The notes under the pieces are model-generated. The model ran no database searches. It saw only the letters and a program-made list of their open reading frames with translations, and was not told where the DNA came from. Positions 50,981 through 61,568 of a stretch of 64,000 nt of DNA are shown here, one piece after another (positions within the stretch are counted from its first letter, which is position 1; each line of letters opens with the position of its first letter). The position numbers were made by a program, and so were the translations under genes. Source of the DNA: an uncultured Verrucomicrobiae bacterium (GTDB lineage Bacteria; Verrucomicrobiota; Verrucomicrobiia; Limisphaerales; Palsa-1400); assembly GCA_963702845.1 (NCBI GenBank), contig OY969763.1, positions 3,296,001 to 3,360,000 on the forward strand. The letters are read 5' to 3'.

Positions 50981-51991
50981 ATGTCCATGGCCTTTTTCCC
51001 CGGCCTCGACCAGTTGACAGCGACCGGGGCCGAACAAGAACAGTTGCACGAGCAAGCTGCATCTGTTGCACGTCAAAATTTTGGAAAAAAAGTATTCGTC
51101 CGTGCCGTGGTTGAGATTTCCAATTTCTGCCGCGAAAACTGCCAGTATTGCGGCATGCGCCGCGACAATCGAAACCTTCGCCGTTTTCGATTCAAGGTGG
51201 ACGAACTGGCCGAATTAATCGTGCATCATCGGCCCGCGAGTGTCACCGACATCAATCTGCAAGCGGGCGAAGATCCGGTGGCGGTCCGCGAAGTTGCCAT
51301 TCCGCTTATAAAACTAATTCGCGAGCAAACGCCGCTCGGGGTCAGCGTGTGCCTTGGCACTTTGAACGAATCGCTTTACGCCGAGCTCCAGGATGCCGGT
51401 GCATCGATTTACATCATTAAGTTTGAAACCGGCACGCCCAATCTCTACGCGCGCTACGAATGTCCCGGCACGTTCGATGAACGTCTTGCGCATATTCGAT
51501 TTCTTCGCGACAAAGCCTGGAACGTCAGTTCGGGTTTCATTTGTGGTCTGCCCGATGAGATCGGGGAAGATTTGCTAAACGATTTCCGAATCGCCTCACA
51601 ATTACCGCTGCAAGGTTGCAGCGTCAGTCCTTACATTTCCGGTGAAGCAACCCCGCTCGCGAAAAACAAAAATGCTTCAGTCGATCTTGCCCTTAATTGC
51701 ATGGCTGCTTTGCGATTGATGCGACCTGACTGGATCATTCCGGCGGTGAGCGCGCTCAACCTGGCTGGCGGAACCTGCGGCTATCAACGCGGCCTTGCCA
51801 CCGGCGCAAACCTCGTCACCATCAACATGACCCCGACGAACGAACGGGGCGACTATCTGTTATACAAGCGCGATCGCTACATCATGACGGAAGAACGGAT
51901 CTTAAACGCCATCGAAGCGGAAGGATTGGAAATATCTACTGAAGGTTTGGCGGAGTACTATCGCAACGCCTCAGTGGGAACTTTTAAATAG
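50981..51991 (+). CDS. Radical SAM protein of the BioB/HydE/PylB group
   Basis: VRAVVEISNFCRENCQYCGMRRDN, LQAGED, IKFET, SGFICGLP, GANLV. Confidence 0.85.
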   Translation: MSMAFFPGLDQLTATGAEQEQLHEQAASVARQNFGKKVFVRAVVEISNFCRENCQYCGMRRDNRNLRRFRFKVDELAELIVHHRPASVTDINLQAGEDPVAVREVAIPLIKLIREQTPLGVSVCLGTLNESLYAELQDAGASIYIIKFETGTPNLYARYECPGTFDERLAHIRFLRDKAWNVSSGFICGLPDEIGEDLLNDFRIASQLPLQGCSVSPYISGEATPLAKNKNASVDLALNCMAALRLMRPDWIIPAVSALNLAGGTCGYQRGLATGANLVTINMTPTNERGDYLLYKRDRYIMTEERILNAIEAEGLEISTEGLAEYYRNASVGTFK

Positions 51992-52009
51992 AGCTCGGGA
52001 GAGAAAAAA

Positions 52010-52087
52010 TGGTCGGGGCGGTGAGATTTGAACTCACGACCTCGTGGACCCGAACCACGCGCGCTAGCCAGGCTACGCTACGCCCCG
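52010..52087 (-). tRNA. tRNA-Pro (anticodon CGG)
   Basis: CGGGGCGTAGCGTAGCCTGGCTAGCGCG CGTGG-TTCGGGT-CCACG AGGTC GTGAG-TTCAAAT-CTCAC CGCCCCG A CCA. Confidence 0.97.
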
Positions 52088-52150
52088 CGACCAAGGCAGA
52101 GAAGGTCGCTGATGCCCGCGGTGTTTGCAATGTTTTTCTGAAGCACGCGA

Positions 52151-53131
52151 TTAGGCATTTTTCTCAATCGTCACGTCGCCACCAATAATGCGCTCGAGAT
52201 GTCCGTGCTCCGTCCGCAGCAGCATCGCTCCATCGGCATCCAACGCTTCTGCTCGCCCTCGCACCACGCGTTCACCAAGCCGAATGCTGACAGCCTGTCC
52301 AATCGTCGTGCATCGTTGCTGCCATTCATCGGCGATGTCGGCAAATTCACCGGCACAAACGCGCGCATAATCGCGGTCCAGTTCGCGCAGCATGGCCGCA
52401 GCCAGAGCCGGACGATCGACGTGAGCACCGGATTCGATTTTCAACGATGTCGCGATTTTGCGCAGGTCCGCCGGAAAATCATCAATGTTAACGTCCACGC
52501 CGATTCCCAGCACGATGTCCTTCACCCGCTCCAGTTCCGCCGTCAGTTCAGTCAGGATACCGGCCACCTTTTTCCCGCCGATGAGAATGTCATTGGGCCA
52601 TTTAATTTCCGGCACAATTTCAGTCTGCTGCTGAATGGCGCGCGCCAAGGCTGTTGCCGCAGCAACAGTCAGCTGAGTGGCAGCTTGCGGTCGCATTTCT
52701 GGACGCAGCAAAACGGAAAACCAAAGTCCTTTGCGCGGTGGTGAAACCCAAGTCCGGCCGAGACGGCCACGCCCTTTTGTCTGAGCTTCGGCGAATATAA
52801 CCACGCCTTCTTTCACCCCGTCCTGGGCGAGTCGAGCGGCGATGTCGTTGGTGGAAGTGGTTTTTTCGAAAACACGAATATCGCGGCCAATCGCGCGCGT
52901 GCCTCCCAAACGCGCCATCAAATCGTCGGCGTGAAGGACGTCAGGCGTGCTGATCAAACGATAGCCAACATGTGGGCCGGCTTCGATGTCATAGCCCAGC
53001 TTCCGTAGATCCTCGATGCGTGCCCAGATAGCTGCGCGGCTGATGCCGAGTCGTTTTGAGAGTTCCGCACCTGAAATCCCCATTGATCGGGACTCGCGTA
53101 ACGCAGCAAGAATTTGTGCGTCGGCCGTCAT
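52151..53131 (-). CDS. birA: Bifunctional biotin ligase / repressor BirA
   Basis: N-terminal HTH (SGAELSKRLGISRAAIW), STND, QTKGRGRLGRTW, KWPND, KVAGIL. ATG overlaps the nadC stop. Confidence 0.96.
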   Translation of the reverse strand: MTADAQILAALRESRSMGISGAELSKRLGISRAAIWARIEDLRKLGYDIEAGPHVGYRLISTPDVLHADDLMARLGGTRAIGRDIRVFEKTTSTNDIAARLAQDGVKEGVVIFAEAQTKGRGRLGRTWVSPPRKGLWFSVLLRPEMRPQAATQLTVAAATALARAIQQQTEIVPEIKWPNDILIGGKKVAGILTELTAELERVKDIVLGIGVDVNIDDFPADLRKIATSLKIESGAHVDRPALAAAMLRELDRDYARVCAGEFADIADEWQQRCTTIGQAVSIRLGERVVRGRAEALDADGAMLLRTEHGHLERIIGGDVTIEKNA

Positions 53132-53979
53132 AGAAAATCCAACGCGATATCGACGGCGCGCGCCGAATGCGTGATCGCGCCAATCGAAATAAAATCGACG
53201 CCCGCTTCGGCCACGGCACGCACATTGGCCAAAGTAATGCCTCCACTTGCCTCGGTCTTTGCTCGACCGGCAATCCACCCAACGGCCGTCCGCAATTGTT
53301 GAGGGTCCATATTGTCCAAAAGAACGGTATCCGCTCCCGCGAACAGCGCCTGCTCCACCTGTTCAGGAGTATCCGCTTCAACTTCCACTGGCAAATTCGG
53401 AAACCTCTCGCGAGCCCGGCGCACCGCTGCTTCGATCGCATTCGGCGGTTCGTTGCGCAGCATGGCGAGATGGTTGTCTTTGATTAAAATGGCATCGAAC
53501 AATCCAATCCGATGATTCGTTCCACCACCGCATGCAACGGCGTATTTCTCAAATCGTCGCCAGCCGGGCGTTGTTTTGCGCGTATCAAGAATCTTCGCAT
53601 TCGTGCCTTTAATGGCGTCGACAAATTTCGCCGTCATCGTCGCCACACCGGAAAGCCGTTGCACGAAGTTCAACGCTACACGCTCCGCCGTCAGCACCGC
53701 GCGCGTCGGGCCAGTGATGTTCAAAATAGTTGCGCCCGCATCGACGCGTTTTTTGTCAGTCGCGACTCGCTCGATTTTCACATCGGACGCAAGCTCAGAA
53801 AACGCACATTCGGCGAACTCAATCCCGCAAACAACCAGCGGTTCGCGCGCGACCATCAGCGCGTTGGCGACCGCGTGCTGGGGCACCGTCGCAAGGGTCG
53901 TCACATCCCCTGCTCCGACGTCCTCGGCCAGCGCGGCTCGAACTGCTCGTTGGATTTCTTCTCTTGAGATCGGCTCCAT
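53128..53979 (-). CDS. nadC: Quinolinate phosphoribosyltransferase
   Basis: EDVGAGDVTT, ERVALN, DTRKTTPG, NHRIGL, IKDNH, LLDN, EASGG. Confidence 0.97.
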   Translation of the reverse strand: MEPISREEIQRAVRAALAEDVGAGDVTTLATVPQHAVANALMVAREPLVVCGIEFAECAFSELASDVKIERVATDKKRVDAGATILNITGPTRAVLTAERVALNFVQRLSGVATMTAKFVDAIKGTNAKILDTRKTTPGWRRFEKYAVACGGGTNHRIGLFDAILIKDNHLAMLRNEPPNAIEAAVRRARERFPNLPVEVEADTPEQVEQALFAGADTVLLDNMDPQQLRTAVGWIAGRAKTEASGGITLANVRAVAEAGVDFISIGAITHSARAVDIALDFL

Positions 53980-54276
53980 GCGTAAACCCATTTTCCACAA
54001 AACGTCGCGATTGCAAGCATTACAAATCAGCAACCGAATACTTTGCGCACGTATTCGCAGCTGCGTTTGTGATTTTTCACGACATCACCGGTGATTTTCG
54101 CTCCCTTTTCGATAGCAAATTCCACAGTGTAGGGTGGCGACAAATGATGTGTGCGAGCGTATGAGGCAATCGCCACGTAATCGAGCCAACTAACAATTTG
54201 AAGTAATTGTTCAATATTCTTTATCGTATAATAAATATTATTGACTTACTATGTTCATTTGGTAAGTTTTCGTTGT

Positions 54277-54564
54277 ATGAAACGATTACCGACTTCGTGT
54301 CCGAGTTGCGGTGGTTGCCTGGCGGTTAAACGGCTGCACTGCGAAAGTTGTGAGACCGAAGTCGAAGGTCTCTACGCCCTGCCCCTCCTTGCTGGACTGC
54401 CACAGGAAGATCAGGATTTCATCGTCGAATTTATCAAGAGCAGCGGCAGCCTTAAAGATATGGCCAGCCTGCTCGGCGTAAGCTATCCGACCGTCCGCAA
54501 TCGCCTGGACGAAATCATTTCAAAACTCAAACGGTACGAACCCAAAACAGAGGACAAGAAATGA
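54277..54564 (+). CDS. DUF2089-family Zn-ribbon/HTH protein
   Basis: CPSCG..CESC..FIKSSGSLKDMA..GVSYPTVRNRLD. Confidence 0.88.
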   Translation: MKRLPTSCPSCGGCLAVKRLHCESCETEVEGLYALPLLAGLPQEDQDFIVEFIKSSGSLKDMASLLGVSYPTVRNRLDEIISKLKRYEPKTEDKK

Positions 54565-55553
54565 ATGCTCAACAGCCACAGAACAAAACCCTCACCTTTC
54601 TTTTCAATCCATTTTTCTACGTCGCTGGTGTTCAGGCATTAATTCTCGGTCTGATCGCCATTCTGTTAACAGGACTCATCTCATCGTTCGGCAACACGCA
54701 CTTCGACGGCGTGCTCGACACCCACGTCGGCGCAGCAGCACCGCTCTGGGTTTTCTTCGCAGAAGGACTGATCGACTGGATCTGCCTAGCGATAGTGTTG
54801 TGGATCTGCGGCAAAATTATTTCAAAAACGATGTTTCGCACCATCGACATTTTCGGCACGCAGGCATTAGCGCGTTGGCCAATGATCTTCATCAGCATGC
54901 TTGTGCTGCCCGAAGCATATCGTCGCTCTGGCGCCGAATTCGTCGCGCAACTTCAGCGCGGTGATTATCACCTGAACGTGCCGCATGTTGCCGTGTTCCT
55001 CGCCTTAACTCTTGCGACGCTCCCCTTCCTCGCCTGGGCGGTGCGGCTGATGTATAAATCATTCAGCGTTTCGTGCAACGTCTCAGGCGGCAAAGCGATC
55101 GGCGTATTTATTGTTGGCCTGATCGTAGCGGAGATAATCGCCAAAGCGTGCATCGTTCCGATGGCTCTGCACTCCATAGCGAAAGAAACCAAGGGGAACG
55201 CATCGACCACCGCAGTTGCGACTGCGGATAATTTCACCAAAGCAGGTTCAGAGTTTGTCACCCTGATGGTAAACGATCGGTTCGCCGATGCAGTGTCGAA
55301 ATTCGACGATACCATGAGGAAATCCATGCCCGAAGCCGGTCTAAAAAAAGCGTGGGAAGAGCTGATTACGAAAGTTGGCCCGTTTCAAAAACAACTCGGC
55401 GTCAAGGCACAGGACGACAATGGCTACAAATTGGTGTTGGTCACGTGCCAGTTCGAACGTGAACCGATGGGCATCCGCGTCGTCTACGACACTAAACAGC
55501 ACGTGTCCGGACTATGGTTTGTAGAACCGGATCCCGCAGTGATTTCGAAATAG
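54561..55553 (+). CDS. Multi-pass membrane protein (Yip1-like) with a C-terminal DUF3887-like domain
   Basis: About 5 TM segments, then FDDTMRKSM..W..GPF..VTCQFE..VSGLWF. Confidence 0.7.
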   Translation: MNAQQPQNKTLTFLFNPFFYVAGVQALILGLIAILLTGLISSFGNTHFDGVLDTHVGAAAPLWVFFAEGLIDWICLAIVLWICGKIISKTMFRTIDIFGTQALARWPMIFISMLVLPEAYRRSGAEFVAQLQRGDYHLNVPHVAVFLALTLATLPFLAWAVRLMYKSFSVSCNVSGGKAIGVFIVGLIVAEIIAKACIVPMALHSIAKETKGNASTTAVATADNFTKAGSEFVTLMVNDRFADAVSKFDDTMRKSMPEAGLKKAWEELITKVGPFQKQLGVKAQDDNGYKLVLVTCQFEREPMGIRVVYDTKQHVSGLWFVEPDPAVISK

Positions 55554-55567
55554 CAGCAGCGCAGGAC

Positions 55568-57595
55568 TCAGCTCAACCCCGGCTTTGCATCCAACGGCAA
55601 CGAAACACGCACCATTCCCGCTTGTCCCATCTGCGCAGGTGGAATCTCAAGCGTCCCGCGATGCGTCTGGATAATCTTGGTGCTGACCGCGAGGCCAAGG
55701 CCGAGACCGACGGTGCGCGTCGTGAAAAAAGGCTCCGTGGCCTTTCTCGCCGATTCGGTCGTAAAACCTGTGCCGTTATCTTGAACCTCAATTTTTGCCC
55801 AGCGGGAGCCGGAAGCGTCGATCTCAGTTCTCGCCCGCACTTGCACCTGGCAAGGCTGCGAATTGGTTTGCAACGCGTTCAGAATGATTTCCGCAAACGC
55901 ATGTTGCAGGCCTTTCGCGTCACCCGGCAACGTCACTTCACCAGTGCCTTCAAACTGCAACAAAACGCTCGATGCCGGATGATAAATGCGCGCTTCACGG
56001 AAAGCGTTCTCAATCATTTCTTTTACGTGAACCGGCTGTGAACGCTCGACGCTATCCTGTGCCAGGAAACGCATCTGATTCACCAAACGCGTCACGCGTT
56101 TCACCGCATCTTCCATCGTCGATGACAATGATTTCTGGAACTCCGGATCACTTGCCTGTTCTTGCAAAAGCTGTTGATGCGTCGAAAGCGGCACCACGGC
56201 GTTTCCAATCTCATGCGCGAGGCGCTCCGCCATTTGTTTCACAAGACGCAGGTTTGCCGTTTCCACTTCCAACTGCTGCACTCGCTCAATCTGGGTGAAA
56301 TCATCCGCAACAAACAAAGCAACGTCAGCGTTGCCAGACTCGCCTTTGCGAATCGGGGTGATGTTGATGTGCAAAATCCGGCGCGTCGGCGAGGTCATCT
56401 CATGGCGGAAATTTTCAACACGCACACCGCTGTTCAACACCTCAAAAATTTTACTGCCAACATTTTGCGGAAGGTCGGCAAACTTGATCAGTTTCCCGAA
56501 CATCGTCGCCGCCATTTCGTTGGAGTGCAGCACCCGCAGTTCGCGGTCAACGACGATGCAGGCACTGTTCAGGTGTTTGAGCACCGACGTCATCAGCCGA
56601 TTATTCGTGCCGAGGTCCTCGTGCAATTGCACGTTGCGAATGGCCATGCCGATTTGCTCAAGCAAATGGAACAACAACGCCAATCATCGCTGCTGTAAGC
56701 TTCGCCAGTCACTCGGCCGTCAAAAACAGCCACGCCGATCAGCGATTCGCGATCCAGTATCGGCACCGCAATCTGACCGCTCAACAGTTCAAACTCCCGC
56801 TGGATTTGCGGATCGTTTTGAGCATCCGCGCCATCGCGGCGCAAGATGCGGCCGTAGCGCTGAAGAAATCCACCGATACCCGACTTCAACGACAACTCAA
56901 ACTGATCCAAAAACCCATGAGCGAGCCCAACCGCACAAGCCGAACGCAACGTTCGCGTTTCAGGGTTGCGCAAAAAGATAGCCGCACGATTAACGCGAGT
57001 GATGACACGAACCCGCAGCAGGAATTCCTTCAACAACGCATCCTGGCTCAGGCTGTGCGAGAGAATTACAGAATGTTCGCGGAACAGCTCCAGCAGCTTT
57101 GGGCTGGCATGATTACTCTCCCCTGCAGGTAACGTTTGCGGCGCGATATAAGGCGTCACACCGGCAGCCGGAAGTCTTCCAGCGGGCTGAGCGCGACTAT
57201 AGTCAGTGGATTGCGCTGACCCCTGATTAGGCGTCGTGCTCGTCAACCACAACCGATCAAGCAAGGCGGTCAGCAATTTTGTGCGCACCGGTTTGTTGAG
57301 CACGTGAGTTGCTCCAAGCAAATACGCTTCTTCCTGGTACATCCCATTGCGCCTGGTTGGTGTAAATAATCAGCGGACAGTTCGCAAAAGTTCGGCGAAT
57401 TTTTTCCACGACCCGAATCGGCTGCACGTTCGTCAATTCGGCATCGAGCATGCACAAGTCGACGCCGGCCGGGTTCACGGAATCTTCATCCTGCAAATCG
57501 GTTTCGTGCAGAACTCTGTATTGCTCGCGGTCCAGCAAAGTGCTGAGCGCGGCGGCGAGCGCGGGCGTTTGGGCGATGACGAGAATGGTTTTCAT
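55568..57595 (-). CDS. Hybrid REC-GAF-PAS histidine kinase (frameshifts near 57340 and 56685)
   Basis: REC (LCMLDAEL), GAF (IAVPIL..LIGV), PAS, H-box LAHEIGN, DNGTG, PFFTT, GLGLGL. ATG overlaps the upstream kinase stop. Confidence 0.85.
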
Positions 57596-59874
57596 GCGGC
57601 AGCAATTCGGGCAGGCGCGGGTGCTGCGGGCAGGTCCCTCGCCCCGCCGGGTGGCGGAACTGAATCTGTGGAGCCGTTTGCGGGATGTTCAAACAGCAGG
57701 GTCTGCCGCGCAGATTGCGGCTGGGGTTGGGTCGTTGTTTCTGAAACTAAAAGTTTGCTGGGCAGGTCCAGGCGCATCGTCGTGCCCTTATTCACCTTAC
57801 TGACCACACTCAAATCGCCGCCATGCAGAGTGGCGATCTTGCGACAAATGGCGAGGCCGAGGCCGAAGCCGCGCGCGCTGTCGCCTGTGGTTTTCGTTGT
57901 AAAGTAAGGTGCGAAAATGCGATGCAAATCTTCAGGGCTGATCCCTTCACCGTGGTCGATGACCTCGACACGATACCAATCCCGGCTCATTTCCGTCTTC
58001 GGCAACGCCGCCAAGGCGATTTCGATGCTCGACCGGTCCTGCGACGCATCCACTGCATTGGAAAGCAAATTGCAAATCAAACGTTTGATCAACGTCTGGT
58101 CCATTTCGATCGCCGGTTGCAGGTCGCTCGTAAAATTTATTGAAATGTTCTTTAGATCAGCGCGCGTTTGCACCAACTCGGCGGCTTCTTTGATCGTTTC
58201 GTGCAACGGCGTCAATTTCGCGTTCAGCTTGTTCGTGCGCGAGAAGAATAATGCTTCATTGATGTAAGTGCGCACGGTTCCCAGATTACGCAAAGCCACG
58301 GGCGCGAGTTCGCCATACGGGCCGGCGGCTTGTTCCTGCTCTTGAAACAATTGCAGGAATGTGTGCACCGGCGTCAGCAAATTATTCAGATCATGCGCCA
58401 GTCCACGCGACATCCGTCCCAACAACTCCTGTTCCTGCGACTTCTGCACCTGGTCGCGCAACCGGACCTGGTTTAGCAGCAGACCAAGATCCGTCGAAAA
58501 CTCGCTCAGCAGCCGCAGGTCATACGGCGTGAACACTTCGTGGTTCGACTTGGGCCCGAGCAACATCAATCCCACCAACCCGTCCGACGAAAAGAATGGA
58601 AAACAAAATTCCGGCTCAAACGGTTCCAACAAAACCCGCGCGGCGCGCTCGACTTCCGTGCCCTCGTTTCGTGTATAGGTTGCGTTGCAAGAAAGATACG
58701 GAGCGCGCGTCTCAAGAAAATAGCGCGCCACCGCTGAGTCCATCTTCAGCTCTGGCAATGCCACATGCGGACGCGATGGAAACGAGTGATACAACATGAA
58801 CCCGCGCGACGTCTCATCAAGCAAGATCAACTCGTAGCTGTTCACCCGCATCGTTTTCGAGAGCAATTCGTTCATTTCCTCCAACAAAATTTCGGGGTCA
58901 GGATACGAACGCATCATGTCGATCAAACCCTGCACCCGCGCGTGATATTCAAAACGATCACCCAAAATTTTACGTTCCAACGCGTCGGTTCCCTTGCCAA
59001 AGAACTGCGGGAAAAAGAGCGAAGCCGTAAGGGCGCTTGCGAAGACAACGCCCAGCGCCGCAAAGAAGGAAAAAGCGGTGAACGAATCCTTGTACATTTC
59101 TTTAATCACCAGAAGCATCATCAAACCCACGATGAACATGAAGCTCATGCGGACGATTTGTGCCGCGAATCGACTGAGCGTGACGTGAATGTCGAGCAGT
59201 TGGTGCTGTAGCACGCTGTAGGCAACCACCGTTAAATAGAACATCGCTGCCAAATGTCCGAGCGGGTAGAATGGCCAGTTCGTTAACGGATACTTGTCGA
59301 TGTGCAACAACGGCATCAAGTCGTTCGTTCCACATAACCAGAGCATGAAAATTGCGATCAACATCGCGCGCAGCCGCGTCCGCAAAAGCGGTGCGGCAGT
59401 CTTTTGCTTGATGTAGAGCACCGAAACCAGTGCGACCGTTTCAATGACGTAAAAAATCGAAAACACGTGAAACATCGGTCCGGGAACCGCGTAATAGCCG
59501 AAGTGCAACATGCGCACGCCGACTACGAATTTGTCGAAGAATAAACTGACGGCGATGATCGAATGAGCCGCATAAATCCAGGGAGCCCACCGGCGCACAT
59601 CAACTCCCGCGACCAGCATGCACAAATGAGAAATGCTCAACGGCATGAAGATGACGCCCAATTGCAACACTTTCGCCCAAACGAACGCCTCAGCCGGCGG
59701 CAGCGGCACGGTGCGGTTCAGAAAAATCGATCCAATATTCCAAAGCGCAATGCACGTCCCCCACAGCAAGTACACTTGCTTCAGCCGCGACCGAACGTCG
59801 CGTCCGACAACCAACAGCGTCAACACGACATTGAAAATCGTGACGCTTAAAGCTGTGATTTGCAGGAAATTCAT
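57592..59874 (-). CDS. HisKA_7TM-type membrane sensor + GAF histidine kinase
   Basis: About 7-9 N-terminal TM segments; GAF (LVGLMLLGPK..FTPYDLRLL); LAHDLNNLL; NLLSNA; DHGEG; GFGLGL. ATG overlaps the fabF-like stop. Confidence 0.9.
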   Translation of the reverse strand: MNFLQITALSVTIFNVVLTLLVVGRDVRSRLKQVYLLWGTCIALWNIGSIFLNRTVPLPPAEAFVWAKVLQLGVIFMPLSISHLCMLVAGVDVRRWAPWIYAAHSIIAVSLFFDKFVVGVRMLHFGYYAVPGPMFHVFSIFYVIETVALVSVLYIKQKTAAPLLRTRLRAMLIAIFMLWLCGTNDLMPLLHIDKYPLTNWPFYPLGHLAAMFYLTVVAYSVLQHQLLDIHVTLSRFAAQIVRMSFMFIVGLMMLLVIKEMYKDSFTAFSFFAALGVVFASALTASLFFPQFFGKGTDALERKILGDRFEYHARVQGLIDMMRSYPDPEILLEEMNELLSKTMRVNSYELILLDETSRGFMLYHSFPSRPHVALPELKMDSAVARYFLETRAPYLSCNATYTRNEGTEVERAARVLLEPFEPEFCFPFFSSDGLVGLMLLGPKSNHEVFTPYDLRLLSEFSTDLGLLLNQVRLRDQVQKSQEQELLGRMSRGLAHDLNNLLTPVHTFLQLFQEQEQAAGPYGELAPVALRNLGTVRTYINEALFFSRTNKLNAKLTPLHETIKEAAELVQTRADLKNISINFTSDLQPAIEMDQTLIKRLICNLLSNAVDASQDRSSIEIALAALPKTEMSRDWYRVEVIDHGEGISPEDLHRIFAPYFTTKTTGDSARGFGLGLAICRKIATLHGGDLSVVSKVNKGTTMRLDLPSKLLVSETTTQPQPQSARQTLLFEHPANGSTDSVPPPGGARDLPAAPAPARIAAA

Positions 59875-61139
59875 TCGCCGTGACCGCTATATTGTTTGAG
59901 AACCAGGCACGCGTAACGACCACCAAAACCCGCATTGAGATTCACCGCCACACGCACCGGATACGGGCGCGATTTCCCACTGACATAATCCAAATCGCAA
60001 GCCGGATCTGGATCGCGCAAATTAATTGTCGGCGGAATTTCCTGATGAAAAATCGACATGGCGCAAATCGTGGTCTCGATCGCTCCCGATGCGCCCATCA
60101 AATGGCCGGTGATTGGTTTCGTGGCGCTGACCGCAAGACGCTTCGAATGGCCGTTGAAAACCTTGCGGATAGCGCGCGTCTCAATCGGATCGTTCAATGG
60201 AGTCGCCGAGCCGTGCGCGTTGATGTAATCAACCTCATCCGGATTCACTCGCGCCTGGCGCAATGCTTTCTCAATCGAACGAGCATAACCAATCCCTTCC
60301 GGATGCGGATCCGTCGCGTGATACGCTTCGCAACTGCGTCCGTGTCCAACAACCTCCGCATAAATCCGCGCGCCGCGGCTCAACGCATGGGTCAACTCTT
60401 CTAAAACGAAAAATGCCGCGCCTTCCCCCAAAACAAATCCATCGCGCGACTTGTCGAACGGCTTCATTGCCGTGTGTGGGTCATCATTGCGTTCCGTCAT
60501 CGCCCGAATTCGGCAAAAGCCCGCGTGCAACATCTCCATCGACTCCTCCGCGCCCCCCGCAACAATCACATCCACTTCATCCGACCGAATCATGTGCGTC
60601 GCGTAACCAATCGCATCGTTACCCGAGGCGCAACCGGAACAATATGTCATCGCATGGCCGCGGATCCCTAAATGCAAACCAATCGTGCTGCTGCCCTCAC
60701 CGCAATAACCAGCGACGACATTGTAAGGATGTAATGATCGATAATTCTGATCGTGGCTGTTAAATGAATCCCGTGCCTTGATGATGCTGCCGGCGCCGCT
60801 GATCGTCGTGCCTTCCACCACACCGAGCCGATCCGGATCAAGTTCCGTAAGAGCAATCTTCGCATCCTCCGTCGCCAACGTTGCGGCGGCGACACCATAT
60901 TGAACCGTGCGATCAAATCGCCCGGCCTTGTTCGTTTTCAGATAATGTGTGACATCGAAATCCTTAACTTCCGCGGCAATCTTCACCGGCATATCACTCG
61001 CATCAAACCGGGTCACCGGCGCAGCGGCGCTATTGCCTTCGCGGACGTTCGTCCAAAATTCCTTGAGGTCCTTCCCGCATGGGGAAATTACTCCCATACC
61101 AGTGATGACAACTCGACGCGACGGTAGGTCTTTGGTCAT
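59871..61139 (-). CDS. fabF: Beta-ketoacyl-ACP synthase II-like ketosynthase
   Basis: RRVVITGMG; catalytic Cys in CSGCASG; PFDKSRDGFVLGEG; YINAHGSAT; KPITGHLMGA; GFGG. Confidence 0.88.
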   Translation of the reverse strand: MTKDLPSRRVVITGMGVISPCGKDLKEFWTNVREGNSAAAPVTRFDASDMPVKIAAEVKDFDVTHYLKTNKAGRFDRTVQYGVAAATLATEDAKIALTELDPDRLGVVEGTTISGAGSIIKARDSFNSHDQNYRSLHPYNVVAGYCGEGSSTIGLHLGIRGHAMTYCSGCASGNDAIGYATHMIRSDEVDVIVAGGAEESMEMLHAGFCRIRAMTERNDDPHTAMKPFDKSRDGFVLGEGAAFFVLEELTHALSRGARIYAEVVGHGRSCEAYHATDPHPEGIGYARSIEKALRQARVNPDEVDYINAHGSATPLNDPIETRAIRKVFNGHSKRLAVSATKPITGHLMGASGAIETTICAMSIFHQEIPPTINLRDPDPACDLDYVSGKSRPYPVRVAVNLNAGFGGRYACLVLKQYSGHGE

Positions 61140-61333
61140 TTGGATTTGGGTATTCTGTATTTAAAAATGGCTGTAGTTAGTTGTAATCGCCGATCAGTCT
61201 CTCCAACCTTCTCGACTAGCGTGTTCTCCTCGAATCTCAATTGCATTTCCAATGCCGATAGCAATGCCAAAGCCATCGCGCAACACGCGAACATGGCTGA
61301 CACAGACACTATCGGTAAAAGCCCTAAACTCAT
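61136..61333 (-). CDS. Possible small membrane protein coupled to the ketosynthase
   Basis: MSLGLLPIVSVSAMFACCAMALALLSAL... one hydrophobic segment; stop overlaps the fabF ATG (ATGA). Confidence 0.35.
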   Translation of the reverse strand: MSLGLLPIVSVSAMFACCAMALALLSALEMQLRFEENTLVEKVGETDRRLQLTTAIFKYRIPKSK

Positions 61334-61568
61334 CGCCGGGTTTTTACTGTATAAAAACAAGAAAATCAAATGTAATGACCAACTATTTCCATGCCAATTC
61401 CTCTCTTTTTACCTATGAAAACACAATCGCCAACCGCGTAAGGAAGTCAGTTACAAAGTAGCGCCCTGTATAAAATACAGTGACCCCTGCTCATTCCCGG
61501 CAAGGGTCACCATATTTAAAGGAATTCGCAGCCTTGACCTACATCAACATTCAGTCGAGCCCGCTGGC

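Noticed and set aside
52010..52087. tRNA-Pro as an island integration site
   Set aside because: I saw no duplicated tRNA 3' end or adjacent integrase in the window.
785..57595. Frameshifts in yidC, cdaR, argB, the kinase fusion and the REC kinase as pseudogenes or programmed frameshifting
   Set aside because: They are single-base indels, some in homopolymers, and hit essential genes such as yidC; long-read assembly error is the simpler explanation.
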